Part shown: piece by piece, positions 1 through 9,961 of the stretch
How the letters are laid out: each line of letters begins with the position of its first letter
How positions within the stretch are numbered: position 1 is the first letter of the stretch
Source: Bacillota bacterium
GTDB lineage: Bacteria; Bacillota; Dehalobacteriia; UBA4068
Reading direction: 5' to 3'
NCBI GenBank assembly: GCA_050949225.1
Contig: JBMNFI010000002.1
Span: 6,100-70,099, forward strand
Length of the DNA stretch: 64,000 nucleotides
Position numbers and translations under genes: made by a program
Notes under the pieces: model-generated
Databases searched by the model: none
Told to the model about the DNA's origin: nothing
Seen by the model: only the letters and a program-made list of their open reading frames with translations

Positions 1-3000
1 TTAACGCTTTGTGATGCCACACTGGAGGCTCCCATAGAGTTAAAGCTAACTGTATGAATCCTGGCTGCGGCACCAGGAGAGAATAATTCACCATTACCAT
101 TACCGGAGCTGGCATCAAAAGTAGCATAAGCTACTCCGCCGTTTCCGCCTGTAAAGACTGTGCCGTCTTTTAAGACAGCAATGTTCCAAATGTTATCAAA
201 GCCCGTTTGAGTCCAAGCGGCCTGACCATCAACAACTGTACTATTGTAATGGACGGGCGTGCTCTTTAGAGCAGCTTTATAGTATAGTCCATTACCTGTA
301 GTGCCAAACCATAGTCCATTGTTGGCATCAACTTTTACATAGCGAATTTCTACATCTGTTATAGATTCCAGTCCAGGCAAAAGATCATAGCCCGTATAAA
401 TCGTTCTATTGCCTGTTGGTGAAACATAGTCAACATAGCCGCCTTCAGTAAATAAAGAAGCACCGAAGGTTACGCCTGCCCTTACTACGTAAACACCGCC
501 ATTGGCATCAAGGGAAATACCACGTACCCACTGACCGGCAAAGGTTTGATGGGCAACAGCTTCATCAACGTAAGGTGTTACTTCACCTAAATTACTAATG
601 TAAGCATAGCCGCCTCTATAAACATTATTTGCTGCATCTACTTCATCAGGATAGCATCCGACCCAGGCACCGCCTTTTTGATCTAAGATAACGGTATTGA
701 CAGAGTTTGCCGGAATACCATCAGCCTTATTGTATTGAATCCAGGAATTATAAGCTGGATTATAAACCGAGACCCCTGTGCCATGACCGAACCAAACTTG
801 TCCATCAGAGTCTACTTTAACCTGTTGGACAAAGTCGCTGCCCAAACCATTATTGGTATTCTCCTGATTGAAGATGGTTATTTTATTATCTTTAAGATAA
901 GCAACACCTGCTGCATTATCTTGACTGCCTTGAGCAAACCAAACTCCACCTTCTGCATCCGGACAAATATCAACGATAGTGTTATTTAAAAGAGCAGGAG
1001 TGGATTGCTTGTGATAAGAACTCCAATTACCGTTGGCATCATGATAATAAGCACCGCCCATTAAGGTTCCAATCCACACGCCGCCGTTAGCATCGGGAAC
1101 AACACAACGGACATTACCGGCAAGCGGGATTTCTTGTGAATTCGTTTTCCACATGTTGAAGCTGTATGTGGTGGTACTGGAAGGAGTCACATCTACGCCC
1201 ATAACATTTTTCTGACAGTTCTGCCACTGTTTGGAATCTGTGCCTGCATTAATATTGGCATAGAGACGAATCTCGGCCTTGATCGAAGGATTATTTTTTA
1301 ATTCATCGCTAATATCCTGTCCGTTAACTTTATAAGCAATGAACATATTCTTAGCTGTTACATCGGCAAGATCCATATCCTTATAATCTGCGCCTTTTTC
1401 GCTGTTTTCAAAACCATCCTGGAAATTAAGCGTGATCGTGCCATTAGTGGCGGTGATTCCGGCATCCACCAATAAAGTGCTTAAAGATATACCTTCTACT
1501 GTATCAACTTCACCACTGACAGGATAAGTTTTAGTTTGCGCGGCAAAAGATTTGAGTTCTGTAAGGGTATAATCCTTAACTTTTGTTCCGTTAAGTTTAA
1601 GGGCGAAGGCTGAATCCTCCACAATCGGTGGGGTGACTCCCCCCTCGGTGACTTGGGCAACTACCATGTTTTTCAAACAGTTAAGCCAATCGGTGGCGCC
1701 GTCATTATGGTTACGATAGATTCTTACATAACCATATGTATCACTGCCCTTTTCTTTATCATAAACTAAGTTGCCGTCAACTACATAGGTAACCAGATAG
1801 TTTTTGCTTACCACATCACTGACAGAAATGTTTTCATATGTATCATGAGCATAGCCATCAGAAGTGATCAATTTGATTTTAGCATTCGCATCGGAGTTAT
1901 CAAGTCCTGCATCATACAGCAAGTCATCTAATTTGACACCGACTACACTGTCTGTATATTCAACGCTGGAGGAAAGATAACTATATTGTGATCTTTCCCA
2001 ACCCAGAGCTTTCAACTCATACAGTGAGTAAGATTTTAAGGTATTCCCCTCTTGGTCTTTGATGGCAAAAACATCAGCTACATCTGCTACAGGATAATCA
2101 GAGGGGGTCTCAAAGCCATTTGTGCCGCTACCGGGCAAAGATTCGCCAACAACGATACAGGTGGCATTTTTGATACATTTACCCTGTGATTCATGATAAA
2201 TTAAACGTAACAAGCCCTCCGTATTACCAACACTACCATCATAGCCGGGGTCTGTAGCCTTTTCGACAAAGGGTACACCTTCAACAGCATAGGCTAAAAT
2301 GACATTTCTCTTATCAGAAGAACTATTACCGGCGCCATTTAAAATAGCATCTACAATATTACCGGTAGGATAACCATCTCCGGAAATAACATTAACAGAA
2401 GTCGGAACACTGAGACCTTCCTTAAGTCCTATTTTTTGGAGTAATTTCCAAACATTAACACCTTGGAAGTTTTGATCTGTTACGGCAGTAAATTCACCTG
2501 TTTCAACAATATCATCCATGTCTTCCAAATCCCCTAAGGTCAAGGTTACAGGGGTTTTGATTTCTGAACCGGTAATTCTTAAAACAGGGATATCACGATA
2601 CTGTGAATATGGCTCAAAGTCATGCTTCCAATTTAATTGATCGGCGGCAGTAACTTCGATCTTTGTTACAGACCAAGCACAATTAACAGCATTATTTTCT
2701 GTTTCTGAGGTTTGACCTGTAACGACAGCCAAGGGACCGCCCTGATTTTCATAAGAGGCTTCATAGCCTTCATCAAGATCTGTCGGTACCAAGGGAAGTC
2801 CTTCGCTGACAGATGTTGTCGTATTGAGATTGGCGCCAAAGGCCAGCATCATTTTTAAATTACTGGTACCGGAAACGCTGTTTTGATAGTTGCTCTTACT
2901 TAATTCAGACATCGTGTACGTTTTGCTGGCACCATTATTATAGGTAACAACTATACCACTCGCATTAGCCTTTAAGCCTACCTCATTTTTGAGGAAATTA

Positions 3001-6000
3001 TATAAATCCAAGCCGCGATAACGGATTTCCTTGTCCGCATTACTGCTGCGCAGGTTATAAACGGCAGTGTTTTTATATGAACTCATTGCCTCTAGCTGGC
3101 TCACAGTAAAGCTTTTAGCGTTATTAACGCCATCACCTTCCACTGTCAGAACATTGTCCGCATAGGCATTATAGGGTTCAGACAAATGTGCATAAGAATC
3201 CGGCTCTAAGTTTACTACAATTTTACTTACATTATTTAAAGTTGCGCCGCTAGTATATCCGGTAATTTGCGGCAACACAAATTGCAAGGGGCCACCCTGG
3301 TTTTTGACCGTGAAACCGCTGTCATTCAAAACAGTGTTTGCTGTGTCATAGTTTACATAACCATTAGCATCTTTATTTAATACCAGAGGATAACCGTTTT
3401 TGGCAAAAGCCAGAACTGCCGACAGATTGTTTTTGCCGGTTTCAGAGCAAGAGCCAAGCTCACGCAAGTCATCCAGAGAAACTTCTACAGAGTTAGGTTC
3501 AGCCGCATCATCATAGAAGGTGACTGTACCGCTGTCTCCCGGCAGGCCGATTTTATTACTTAGCAGATACCAAAGGTTAACACCTTCATATAAATCGGCA
3601 TAACCCTTAACCATATAATAATTTTTGGCTTGAGCTTGTTTTTTCTGTGAAAAAGTGACAGCATTGCCATAAATCATTTTTTCCAGATCTTCAATGGTAT
3701 AATTCGTAATATCAGAAGAACCATTTATTTTAACTTCAACAGATAAACTATTATCTTTAAGTGCCTGATAGGCTCCTGAAGCACCTGCGTTATCATAGTG
3801 GGTGGAATAATTCACCACTTCCCCAATAGTAATATAATCCAACAGTTGTGTTTGATGTGAACCATTAGCATCACTATAGTTTTGTTTACCATGAATTAAA
3901 CGCAAAGGACCGCCGGAGTTGCTCAACCCCTTGTTATAGCCGGGGGAGGAACTGTTTACCACATAAGGATATTCATTAATACCATAGGCAATCAAAACCG
4001 GATAACCGGAATCAATGGGGTCCACAGTACTGGGATCAAAGCTTTCATCTATTCCATCAGCGGGATCTTTTTCAAAGAAAAAGAAGTTATCCGGATTGGA
4101 AATTTGCCCCAACTTAAAGTGTTGACTGCCTGTAAAGTTATCGCCGGCATGAGGGATCACGTTCGCATTAGCATTGGAAGTCGCAGCATCAGCTGGCAAA
4201 CCTGCCTTAAGCAGCAAATTATAAAGATCGATACCTCTATATTCATTGACATACCAGTACGAATTATTGGCCAAGCTATATTCGCCGGTGAGAATCAAAT
4301 CATTTAGGCCTTCCAGCTGCTCAACAGTCAGGTTAACCTCACGACCCAAAAGTGAGCCGTTTAGTGTTAAAATATGCTGCGTACTTGAAACATCATTATA
4401 AGGAGCTTTGTCATGTTCATAGCCGGGGGTAGAGTCTTCGGAAACATAAATATAGGCCATGTTGCCAAACTTCTTATTACCTCCACTGCCCTGATCATAA
4501 ACCAGCTTCACACAACCATCAGCATTATCTAAAGCACTGCTATACCAACTTGAGTATATCTCGCTGTCATAGATAAAGGGACGAGCATCAGTACCATTTC
4601 CGGTACCATAAGCAACGATTATCGGCTGATCAGTCGCATCTGCAGCAGCGACTTCAGCATAGGTAAAGGTAGCAATATCCTGACGATTACGGTTTTTGAT
4701 CGTAACCTTAGTACCTGTATCTAAGCGATTTGACTTATTATCCAAAAGATATTTTAATCTTACACCTTCATAAGTAAGCGTAGTAGCATTACCATTGCGG
4801 TAATCTGTATATTCACCACGGAAATAAGGTGCGCTGCCGGAAAGTCTTTCAATTTCCGCTATCGAAGGCATAGCCGAAGCACTGGTCCCCGGACCTTCAA
4901 TAGTCAAGGTTGCACCTGTTATAGCGGGAATATTGTACATATTACCCAACTCTTCATGATTAATGTGTTTATATTCACTGGTGGAAAAATCAATACCGCT
5001 GCCTGCCGTAATTTGGATTTCTGTTATCCCTTTTAACTGACGTGAACCATCAAACAAGGAAAGATAACCATTACCATTAACGGCATTTTTGTTTTCATAA
5101 ACAGCTTGCTTACTATCTGCATTATCACCAATTTCATAAGCCAAAACATACTCTTCTGCATTTGCACGAATATTAGCAACTGTTGTATTGGCAGCACTAT
5201 TATCATACGCATCATAAGAATGGAATTCTACAGTATCGTTATCATCGTAATCAGTTAACAAATCGGCCAGCTGTATTCCTGTATAAGCTTTGGTTGCCGT
5301 ACCTGCTTTGGTATTGTAAGAAGCTGTGCCTTGTACCCTTTCCATCATCAATATTTGAGCTCTTGTGTATTCGGATGTACCGATTTTTATGACCTTGTCC
5401 AGTTCATCACCTAAGCGTATTTTGCTTAAATATTTATTGAAACCGGAATTGTTAGCATCATACCAGGTTGCCTGCCCCATAATATTTTTCAAAACCGTTT
5501 TACCGGTATAATTAGTGGGAGTGCCTAATCCGGCAACAGTATCAGCTGTACTATCTGCCCAAGCAATCAAGGTAGAAACAGCAATAGGATCATTGCCGAC
5601 GGCTGTATTTGCCGGATTACCTGTATTTTGCGGATCACTGGGCGGGACGGAGCCATCATTTTTTGCCCAAACGGCGGTCGATAGATTAGGGAAATAATAT
5701 CTATTGTCATTATTAATAGTATATATCCAACTATCTGTTCCGTCTGCCTTAGGCTCAATAAAACTGATACCTCCATTATAGGCAGGTAGGGAAAAACCCG
5801 TATCGGCCAATAATGTGGACAATTCCACACCGGTAGCCCGTAAAAACCCGGTGAAACAATAAGTATTTAAAGTCGTATAGTCCTGTGTCTTAGCAGTCAT
5901 TGCCTGCAATTCCGACAGAGTGTAGGCCTTTTCATACTTGACATCAGACCCTAGTTCAGCTGCACCTTCCGTTGAGCCCAGACCTGATCCGGTAATCACC

Positions 6001-6125
6001 AAGACCGGCTGTTCTTTGCTCACGTCAGCTTGTGCCACAATCATGCCGCCCACAATCAGCGCAATAATCATGGCCATCACTAATAGCAACTTACCCGCGG
6101 CAAATCTCTTGCCTTTTTTGCTCAT
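1..6125 (-). CDS. Giant secreted multidomain protein, 3'-truncated by the window edge (>2,040 codons): signal peptide, nine tandem SUOX-fold / oxidoreductase molybdopterin-binding-like domains, C-terminal Reg_prop-type beta-propeller repeats
   Basis: Missing from the ORF track because the frame has no stop inside the window. The ATG is the complement of 6123-6125, with AAAGGAGG 8 nt upstream. Hand translation MSKKGKRFAAGKLLLVMAMIIALIVGGMIVAQA/DV... stays open down to position 3. Nine repeats of ~190 aa each carry YTLxEL-type, G(V/I)xLxxLL and GGPLRL-type blocks (e.g. EYRGIDLYNLLLKAGL at ~4200-4250, GGPLRLIHGK at ~3885-3915). From ~1170 to 1 there are repeats such as DANGGVWIGT and NNGLWFGTTGNGLYY. 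Confidence 0.85.
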   Translation of the reverse strand, partial: MSKKGKRFAAGKLLLVMAMIIALIVGGMIVAQADVSKEQPVLVITGSGLGSTEGAAELGSDVKYEKAYTLSELQAMTAKTQDYTTLNTYCFTGFLRATGVELSTLLADTGFSLPAYNGGISFIEPKADGTDSWIYTINNDNRYYFPNLSTAVWAKNDGSVPPSDPQNTGNPANTAVGNDPIAVSTLIAWADSTADTVAGLGTPTNYTGKTVLKNIMGQATWYDANNSGFNKYLSKIRLGDELDKVIKIGTSEYTRAQILMMERVQGTASYNTKAGTATKAYTGIQLADLLTDYDDNDTVEFHSYDAYDNSAANTTVANIRANAEEYVLAYEIGDNADSKQAVYENKNAVNGNGYLSLFDGSRQLKGITEIQITAGSGIDFSTSEYKHINHEELGNMYNIPAITGATLTIEGPGTSASAMPSIAEIERLSGSAPYFRGEYTDYRNGNATTLTYEGVRLKYLLDNKSNRLDTGTKVTIKNRNRQDIATFTYAEVAAADATDQPIIVAYGTGNGTDARPFIYDSEIYSSWYSSALDNADGCVKLVYDQGSGGNKKFGNMAYIYVSEDSTPGYEHDKAPYNDVSSTQHILTLNGSLLGREVNLTVEQLEGLNDLILTGEYSLANNSYWYVNEYRGIDLYNLLLKAGLPADAATSNANANVIPHAGDNFTGSQHFKLGQISNPDNFFFFEKDPADGIDESFDPSTVDPIDSGYPVLIAYGINEYPYVVNSSSPGYNKGLSNSGGPLRLIHGKQNYSDANGSHQTQLLDYITIGEVVNYSTHYDNAGASGAYQALKDNSLSVEVKINGSSDITNYTIEDLEKMIYGNAVTFSQKKQAQAKNYYMVKGYADLYEGVNLWYLLSNKIGLPGDSGTVTFYDDAAEPNSVEVSLDDLRELGSCSETGKNNLSAVLAFAKNGYPLVLNKDANGYVNYDTANTVLNDSGFTVKNQGGPLQFVLPQITGYTSGATLNNVSKIVVNLEPDSYAHLSEPYNAYADNVLTVEGDGVNNAKSFTVSQLEAMSSYKNTAVYNLRSSNADKEIRYRGLDLYNFLKNEVGLKANASGIVVTYNNGASKTYTMSELSKSNYQNSVSGTSNLKMMLAFGANLNTTTSVSEGLPLVPTDLDEGYEASYENQGGPLAVVTGQTSETENNAVNCAWSVTKIEVTAADQLNWKHDFEPYSQYRDIPVLRITGSEIKTPVTLTLGDLEDMDDIVETGEFTAVTDQNFQGVNVWKLLQKIGLKEGLSVPTSVNVISGDGYPTGNIVDAILNGAGNSSSDKRNVILAYAVEGVPFVEKATDPGYDGSVGNTEGLLRLIYHESQGKCIKNATCIVVGESLPGSGTNGFETPSDYPVADVADVFAIKDQEGNTLKSYSLYELKALGWERSQYSYLSSSVEYTDSVVGVKLDDLLYDAGLDNSDANAKIKLITSDGYAHDTYENISVSDVVSKNYLVTYVVDGNLVYDKEKGSDTYGYVRIYRNHNDGATDWLNCLKNMVVAQVTEGGVTPPIVEDSAFALKLNGTKVKDYTLTELKSFAAQTKTYPVSGEVDTVEGISLSTLLVDAGITATNGTITLNFQDGFENSEKGADYKDMDLADVTAKNMFIAYKVNGQDISDELKNNPSIKAEIRLYANINAGTDSKQWQNCQKNVMGVDVTPSSTTTYSFNMWKTNSQEIPLAGNVRCVVPDANGGVWIGTLMGGAYYHDANGNWSSYHKQSTPALLNNTIVDICPDAEGGVWFAQGSQDNAAGVAYLKDNKITIFNQENTNNGLGSDFVQQVKVDSDGQVWFGHGTGVSVYNPAYNSWIQYNKADGIPANSVNTVILDQKGGAWVGCYPDEVDAANNVYRGGYAYISNLGEVTPYVDEAVAHQTFAGQWVRGISLDANGGVYVVRAGVTFGASLFTEGGYVDYVSPTGNRTIYTGYDLLPGLESITDVEIRYVKVDANNGLWFGTTGNGLYYKAALKSTPVHYNSTVVDGQAAWTQTGFDNIWNIAVLKDGTVFTGGNGGVAYATFDASSGNGNGELFSPGAAARIHTVSFNSMGASSVASQSV

Positions 6126-6208
6126 TCTTATGTCCTCCTTTAATAATTTAAAATAAAAAGATTGCAAAATCATTAGTAGAATAGCATACAAAATCAACTT
6201 TATATGCT

Positions 6209-6245
6209 AAAAAAATAAGTACTCATGCAAAGAATAATGAGTACT
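6209..6245 (-). terminator. Intrinsic terminator; probable expression platform of the upstream riboswitch-like leader
   Basis: The minus strand reads AGTACTCAT, a 10-nt loop, ATGAGTACT, then TATTTTTTT. It begins 7 nt after the aptamer 3' end and lies ~85 nt before the giant CDS start. Confidence 0.75.
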
Positions 6246-6252
6246 CCGTTCC

Positions 6253-6370
6253 TACCAAATCCTTTCCAATCACGGGAGGTAAAAATGTTTCCACTTTTAC
6301 CCATCGGCCAAACCACCTTCTGTTTTCACAGGAAGGTAATAAAGCTCGGACAGTATTTAATTTGTCGGTA
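6253..6370 (-). promoter_or_regulatory. Candidate Moco (molybdenum cofactor) riboswitch aptamer, copy 1
   Basis: Minus-strand RNA: TACCGACAAAT-taaatactg-TCCGAGC-[ACCTTC(C)TGT gaaa ACAGAAGGT hairpin]-GCCgatGGGTAaaaGTGGAAACatttttACCTCCCGtgATTGGAAAGG-ATTTGGTA. The blocks UCCGAGC / GGAAAC / CCUCCCG / GGAAAGGA match my recollection of the Moco RNA motif core. A second copy at 17835-17948 keeps these blocks but has different stem sequences. Confidence 0.6.
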
Positions 6371-6459
6371 CTTTTATTCTGCCGCCCCCTTTCATGGCTA
6401 TTAACTAATAATAAACTCTATAAATTTTCATCCGGCAAAAAACTTATCATAAACTACTT

Positions 6460-7296
6460 TTAAGGCAGTTTACGGGCCTCATGCTTGTCCATTTCAAAGG
6501 CATACTGCTCGCCGGGGAAATTACCGCTTTTCACATCATCAATATATTCTTTATACGCACGACCGATTTCCGCACCGATATCGGCATATTTTTTCACAAA
6601 TTTGGGTACATGCCCTTGTGTATATCCCAAAAGATCATGACTGACCAAAACTTGACCATCACAAGCATTGCCAGCCCCAATGCCAATAGTCGGGATATCA
6701 ACATTTGCGGTAATCACTTTGGCAGCCTCAGAAGTGAGGCATTCTAAAACCAAGGAAAAAGCACCCGCCTCTTCAATGTCAACGGCCAGATCAACTATAG
6801 ACATCACAGCCGCTTCATCTTTACCTTGGACGCGATAACCACCCCATAGGGCAGCTGTTTGCGGCAATAGCCCCAAATGACCCATCACCGGAATGCCTGC
6901 ATCTACCAGATTTTTAATGGTCGGCAAAAGGGCAGAAGTGCATTCTATTTTTACCGCATCAGCACCACCCTTTTTGACCAAAAGCAGAGCGTTTTCTATC
7001 GCTCGTTCCGGGCTTATGTGATAAGATCCATAAGGCATATCGGCAACAACGATCGCCCGTTGTGCCGCTCTGGAAACGATTTGAGTATGGTATAACATAT
7101 CATTCATCGTTACAGGCATTGTCGATTGATAACCGGCAAAAACCATCCCCAATGAATCACCAACCAGCAACAAATCCATTCCCGCCTGATCAGCCAAGAC
7201 GGCCATGGTGTAGTCATAGGCGGTAACTACCGCTATTTTTTCTCCAGCCTCTTTTTTAGCTGTTAATTGAGCAATTGCTGTACCTTTATTAGACAT
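6460..7296 (-). CDS. panB: 3-methyl-2-oxobutanoate hydroxymethyltransferase (ketopantoate hydroxymethyltransferase)
   Basis: 278 aa. KIAVVTAYDYTMAVLADQAGMDLLLVGDSLGMV and the C-terminal FPGEQ region are typical PanB. GAGG lies upstream of the ATG. Confidence 0.9.
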   Translation of the reverse strand: MSNKGTAIAQLTAKKEAGEKIAVVTAYDYTMAVLADQAGMDLLLVGDSLGMVFAGYQSTMPVTMNDMLYHTQIVSRAAQRAIVVADMPYGSYHISPERAIENALLLVKKGGADAVKIECTSALLPTIKNLVDAGIPVMGHLGLLPQTAALWGGYRVQGKDEAAVMSIVDLAVDIEEAGAFSLVLECLTSEAAKVITANVDIPTIGIGAGNACDGQVLVSHDLLGYTQGHVPKFVKKYADIGAEIGRAYKEYIDDVKSGNFPGEQYAFEMDKHEARKLP

Positions 7297-7531
7297 CTTC
7301 TACCTCTTATAATAATATCAGGATCAAAACATTTTACGCTTATTTCTACGTATGATATATTTATACTCAATACCTCTACTTCTCCGAAAGTCGGCAAAAT
7401 CCTGCCTGCATTGAGAATAATTATCAGCTAAAAGATCATCCAAAGCCTCTAATAGATGAATATTATATTTTATACATCACACTGCCCTTTGGTTAGCAAT
7501 CCAGCGTCTTGATAGTACTTTTAAAACGACC

Positions 7532-9352
7532 TTATGATAAAGAAATTAACTCTTCTAATCTTTTTTGAAACATTTGCAAGGCTACGGAAACTGGCTCAGG
7601 GCTGCGCATATCCACCCCGGCAGCTGCTAAGAGATCAAGAGGATCCCGACTGTCGCCGCCGGACAAAAATTCTAAATATTTTTGACGATTTTTTTGCGCT
7701 ATTTGCGGATCGGGATCTAAAAGGCCGGTCGCTAATGCTGTAGCAGCGGAAAAACCGGTAGCATATTTATAGACATAAAAAGCTCTGTAAAAATGAGGGA
7801 TACGGGCCCACTCCAGCTTAATTTGCTCATCTAGAAACATTTCTTGGCCAAAATAATCACGATTTAACTGATAATAGATATCAGATAAGGTCTCTGCCGT
7901 TAAGCTCTGTCCTTCTTCTACTATTTCATGAGTGATTTTTTCAAACTCGGCAAACATCGTCTGCCGAAAAACAGTGCCCCGAAAATCATCTAAATAGTTG
8001 TTTAAAATGATCTTTTTTTCTTTTTGATCTGCGGCCTGCTGCAAAAGATAAGCTGTTAAAAGATTTTCATTAACCGTACTGGCTACTTCAGCCACAAAAA
8101 TACGATAATAAGCATAAACATAAGGCTGTTTTTGATGACTGTAATATGAATGCATGGAGTGTCCTGCTTCATGCGCCAAGGTAAAAACACTATTGAGATT
8201 GTCCTGATAATTAAGCAGAATATAGGGTTTGCTGTCATAAATACCTGAAGAATAGGCACCCGAAGTTTTACCCTTATTTTCATAGATATCTACCCAGCCG
8301 CCGCTTAAACCCTCTTGCAAAACAGAGATATAATCCTCACCCAGAGGAGCTAGAGCCTTTTGTAAAATAACACAGGCCTTAGGATAACTGTATTTTTGTT
8401 GAGATTTACCAAAAAGCGGTGCATAAATATCATACATATGCAGCTCTTCTAAATCCAGTAAGCGTTTGCGCAAATCCAGATAGCGAGCAAAAACAGGCTG
8501 GCCCTCACGAACGGTCTTCAGTAAATTGTCATAAACATCTAAAGAAATATTATCTGCAAACAAGCTGCCCGCCCGAGCACTTTCATAATTACGTACCCGT
8601 GCATAAAAAACATCTTTTTTTACAGATGAAGCATATAATCCTGCTAAAGTGTTTTTATGCTTTTCATAAGCCCCATATAATGTCTGGAAAGCTTCTTTTC
8701 GTACTGACCTTTGAGAGCTTTCCATAAAACGCAAATAATTGCCGTGGCTTAGTTGTTCTTTTTGATCCTCTTCATTAGTAATCTCCCCAAAATCCAGATC
8801 AACATTATTCAGCATAGAGAAAATATGGTTGTATGAACCAGCCATTTCACCGCTTAAAGCTAAAATCTGCTCTTCTTTGGCACTCAGAGTGTGTTTTCTC
8901 ATTCTGGTAATATCAGTAAAATAGCGTTGATATTTTTGCAAAACCGGTTTCTTTAAATATTTATCAAGTTTAGCCTCCGGAATCGACAAAATTTCCGGCT
9001 GAGCAAAAGATAAGGCATTACTTAATTCCACCGCCAATTTTTGTGCTCTATCCTGCATCGCTTGATAATGAGCTTCACCATTATCTTCATTAAGTTTCAT
9101 TGAAGCATAAAGATAAACTTTATCTAACAGACGACCTGCTTTTTCTTGATAATGCATAAAATCAGCCAACATTTGTGCAGAATCAGCTAAATGCTCCTTA
9201 AACTGTGCCGCCAAGGGCAGCATGTCGTGAATCGCCTGGCAATCATTTTGCCAAACATTCTCATCGGTATAAAGATCCTCTACACTCCATTTATGTTCGG
9301 CTGCAATTTCGCATCTTAAAGCAATTTTTTTGCTGTCCGTACTTTTTGTCAA
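7532..9352 (-). CDS. pepF: Oligoendopeptidase F (M3B family)
   Basis: 606 aa with zinc motif HEAGHSMH and an N-terminal KWSVEDLY signature. TTG start (complement of caa at 9350-9352) with AAGGAAG upstream. Confidence 0.85.
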   Translation of the reverse strand: MTKSTDSKKIALRCEIAAEHKWSVEDLYTDENVWQNDCQAIHDMLPLAAQFKEHLADSAQMLADFMHYQEKAGRLLDKVYLYASMKLNEDNGEAHYQAMQDRAQKLAVELSNALSFAQPEILSIPEAKLDKYLKKPVLQKYQRYFTDITRMRKHTLSAKEEQILALSGEMAGSYNHIFSMLNNVDLDFGEITNEEDQKEQLSHGNYLRFMESSQRSVRKEAFQTLYGAYEKHKNTLAGLYASSVKKDVFYARVRNYESARAGSLFADNISLDVYDNLLKTVREGQPVFARYLDLRKRLLDLEELHMYDIYAPLFGKSQQKYSYPKACVILQKALAPLGEDYISVLQEGLSGGWVDIYENKGKTSGAYSSGIYDSKPYILLNYQDNLNSVFTLAHEAGHSMHSYYSHQKQPYVYAYYRIFVAEVASTVNENLLTAYLLQQAADQKEKKIILNNYLDDFRGTVFRQTMFAEFEKITHEIVEEGQSLTAETLSDIYYQLNRDYFGQEMFLDEQIKLEWARIPHFYRAFYVYKYATGFSAATALATGLLDPDPQIAQKNRQKYLEFLSGGDSRDPLDLLAAAGVDMRSPEPVSVALQMFQKRLEELISLS

Positions 9353-9381
9353 TCAAAACACTTCCTTTTTAGATAACTTTA

Positions 9382-9936
9382 CTAGTAGTATGAGCTGCGC
9401 GGCTCCAGCATAAATTGACCATCAGCAACTTTGGTTACTGTGACAGTTACGGATCCATTAAATCCTTGTTTATAAAAACCTAAAATAACCTGTTCTTGCG
9501 GCAAGCCGGCATCATCTTGCCAACGCAAGCACATGACATTTTCACCTTCTGTTTGTTTAGTCGAAACATTGGTGGTAAAGCTTTTATTCGGAGATAAAGC
9601 AGGAATCTTTACCTGCTTTTTATCATCATAAATAAGCTGCCAGTCCCAAAGAATATCGTCGCTGTGATTGATAATTTCTATATTAAACCCTTGTTTAGTA
9701 AAACTTTTATGACTGTCAGTCAAAAAAGTTTCATCACGGTTGCTAAAGGCAAGCACAATCACTAAAACCAACAACACCATCATGATAATCATGCGATATT
9801 TACGCCGTCTATAACGGCCGCCATCATCTTCTTGATGTGCTTCCTCTTGTCTGCGGTCAGCCTCCAGCTTAAGCCGCTCTTCACTTTTTTCCACGGGATT
9901 AGCTTCCCCATTGTGGCGGCGGCTATCCTTATTCAT
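9382..9936 (-). CDS. Hypothetical single-pass membrane protein
   Basis: Charged N-terminus, one TM segment (MIIMMVLLVLVIVLAF), then a ~110-aa beta-rich ectodomain. Start trimmed to the ATG at 9936, with AAGGGAG 7 nt upstream. Confidence 0.5.
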   Translation of the reverse strand: MNKDSRRHNGEANPVEKSEERLKLEADRRQEEAHQEDDGGRYRRRKYRMIIMMVLLVLVIVLAFSNRDETFLTDSHKSFTKQGFNIEIINHSDDILWDWQLIYDDKKQVKIPALSPNKSFTTNVSTKQTEGENVMCLRWQDDAGLPQEQVILGFYKQGFNGSVTVTVTKVADGQFMLEPRSSYY

Positions 9937-9961
9937 GAACAAGCTCCCTTTATTTTATTAA

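Noticed and set aside
735-6156. Plus-strand and out-of-frame ORFs of 60-87 aa from the track (735-989, 4104-4307, 5033-5215, 5183-5392, 5515-5697, 5567-5830, 5938-6156).
   Set aside because: All lie inside the single open minus-strand frame (codon phase set by the ATG at 6125) that runs off the window edge. They are shadow ORFs without RBSs.
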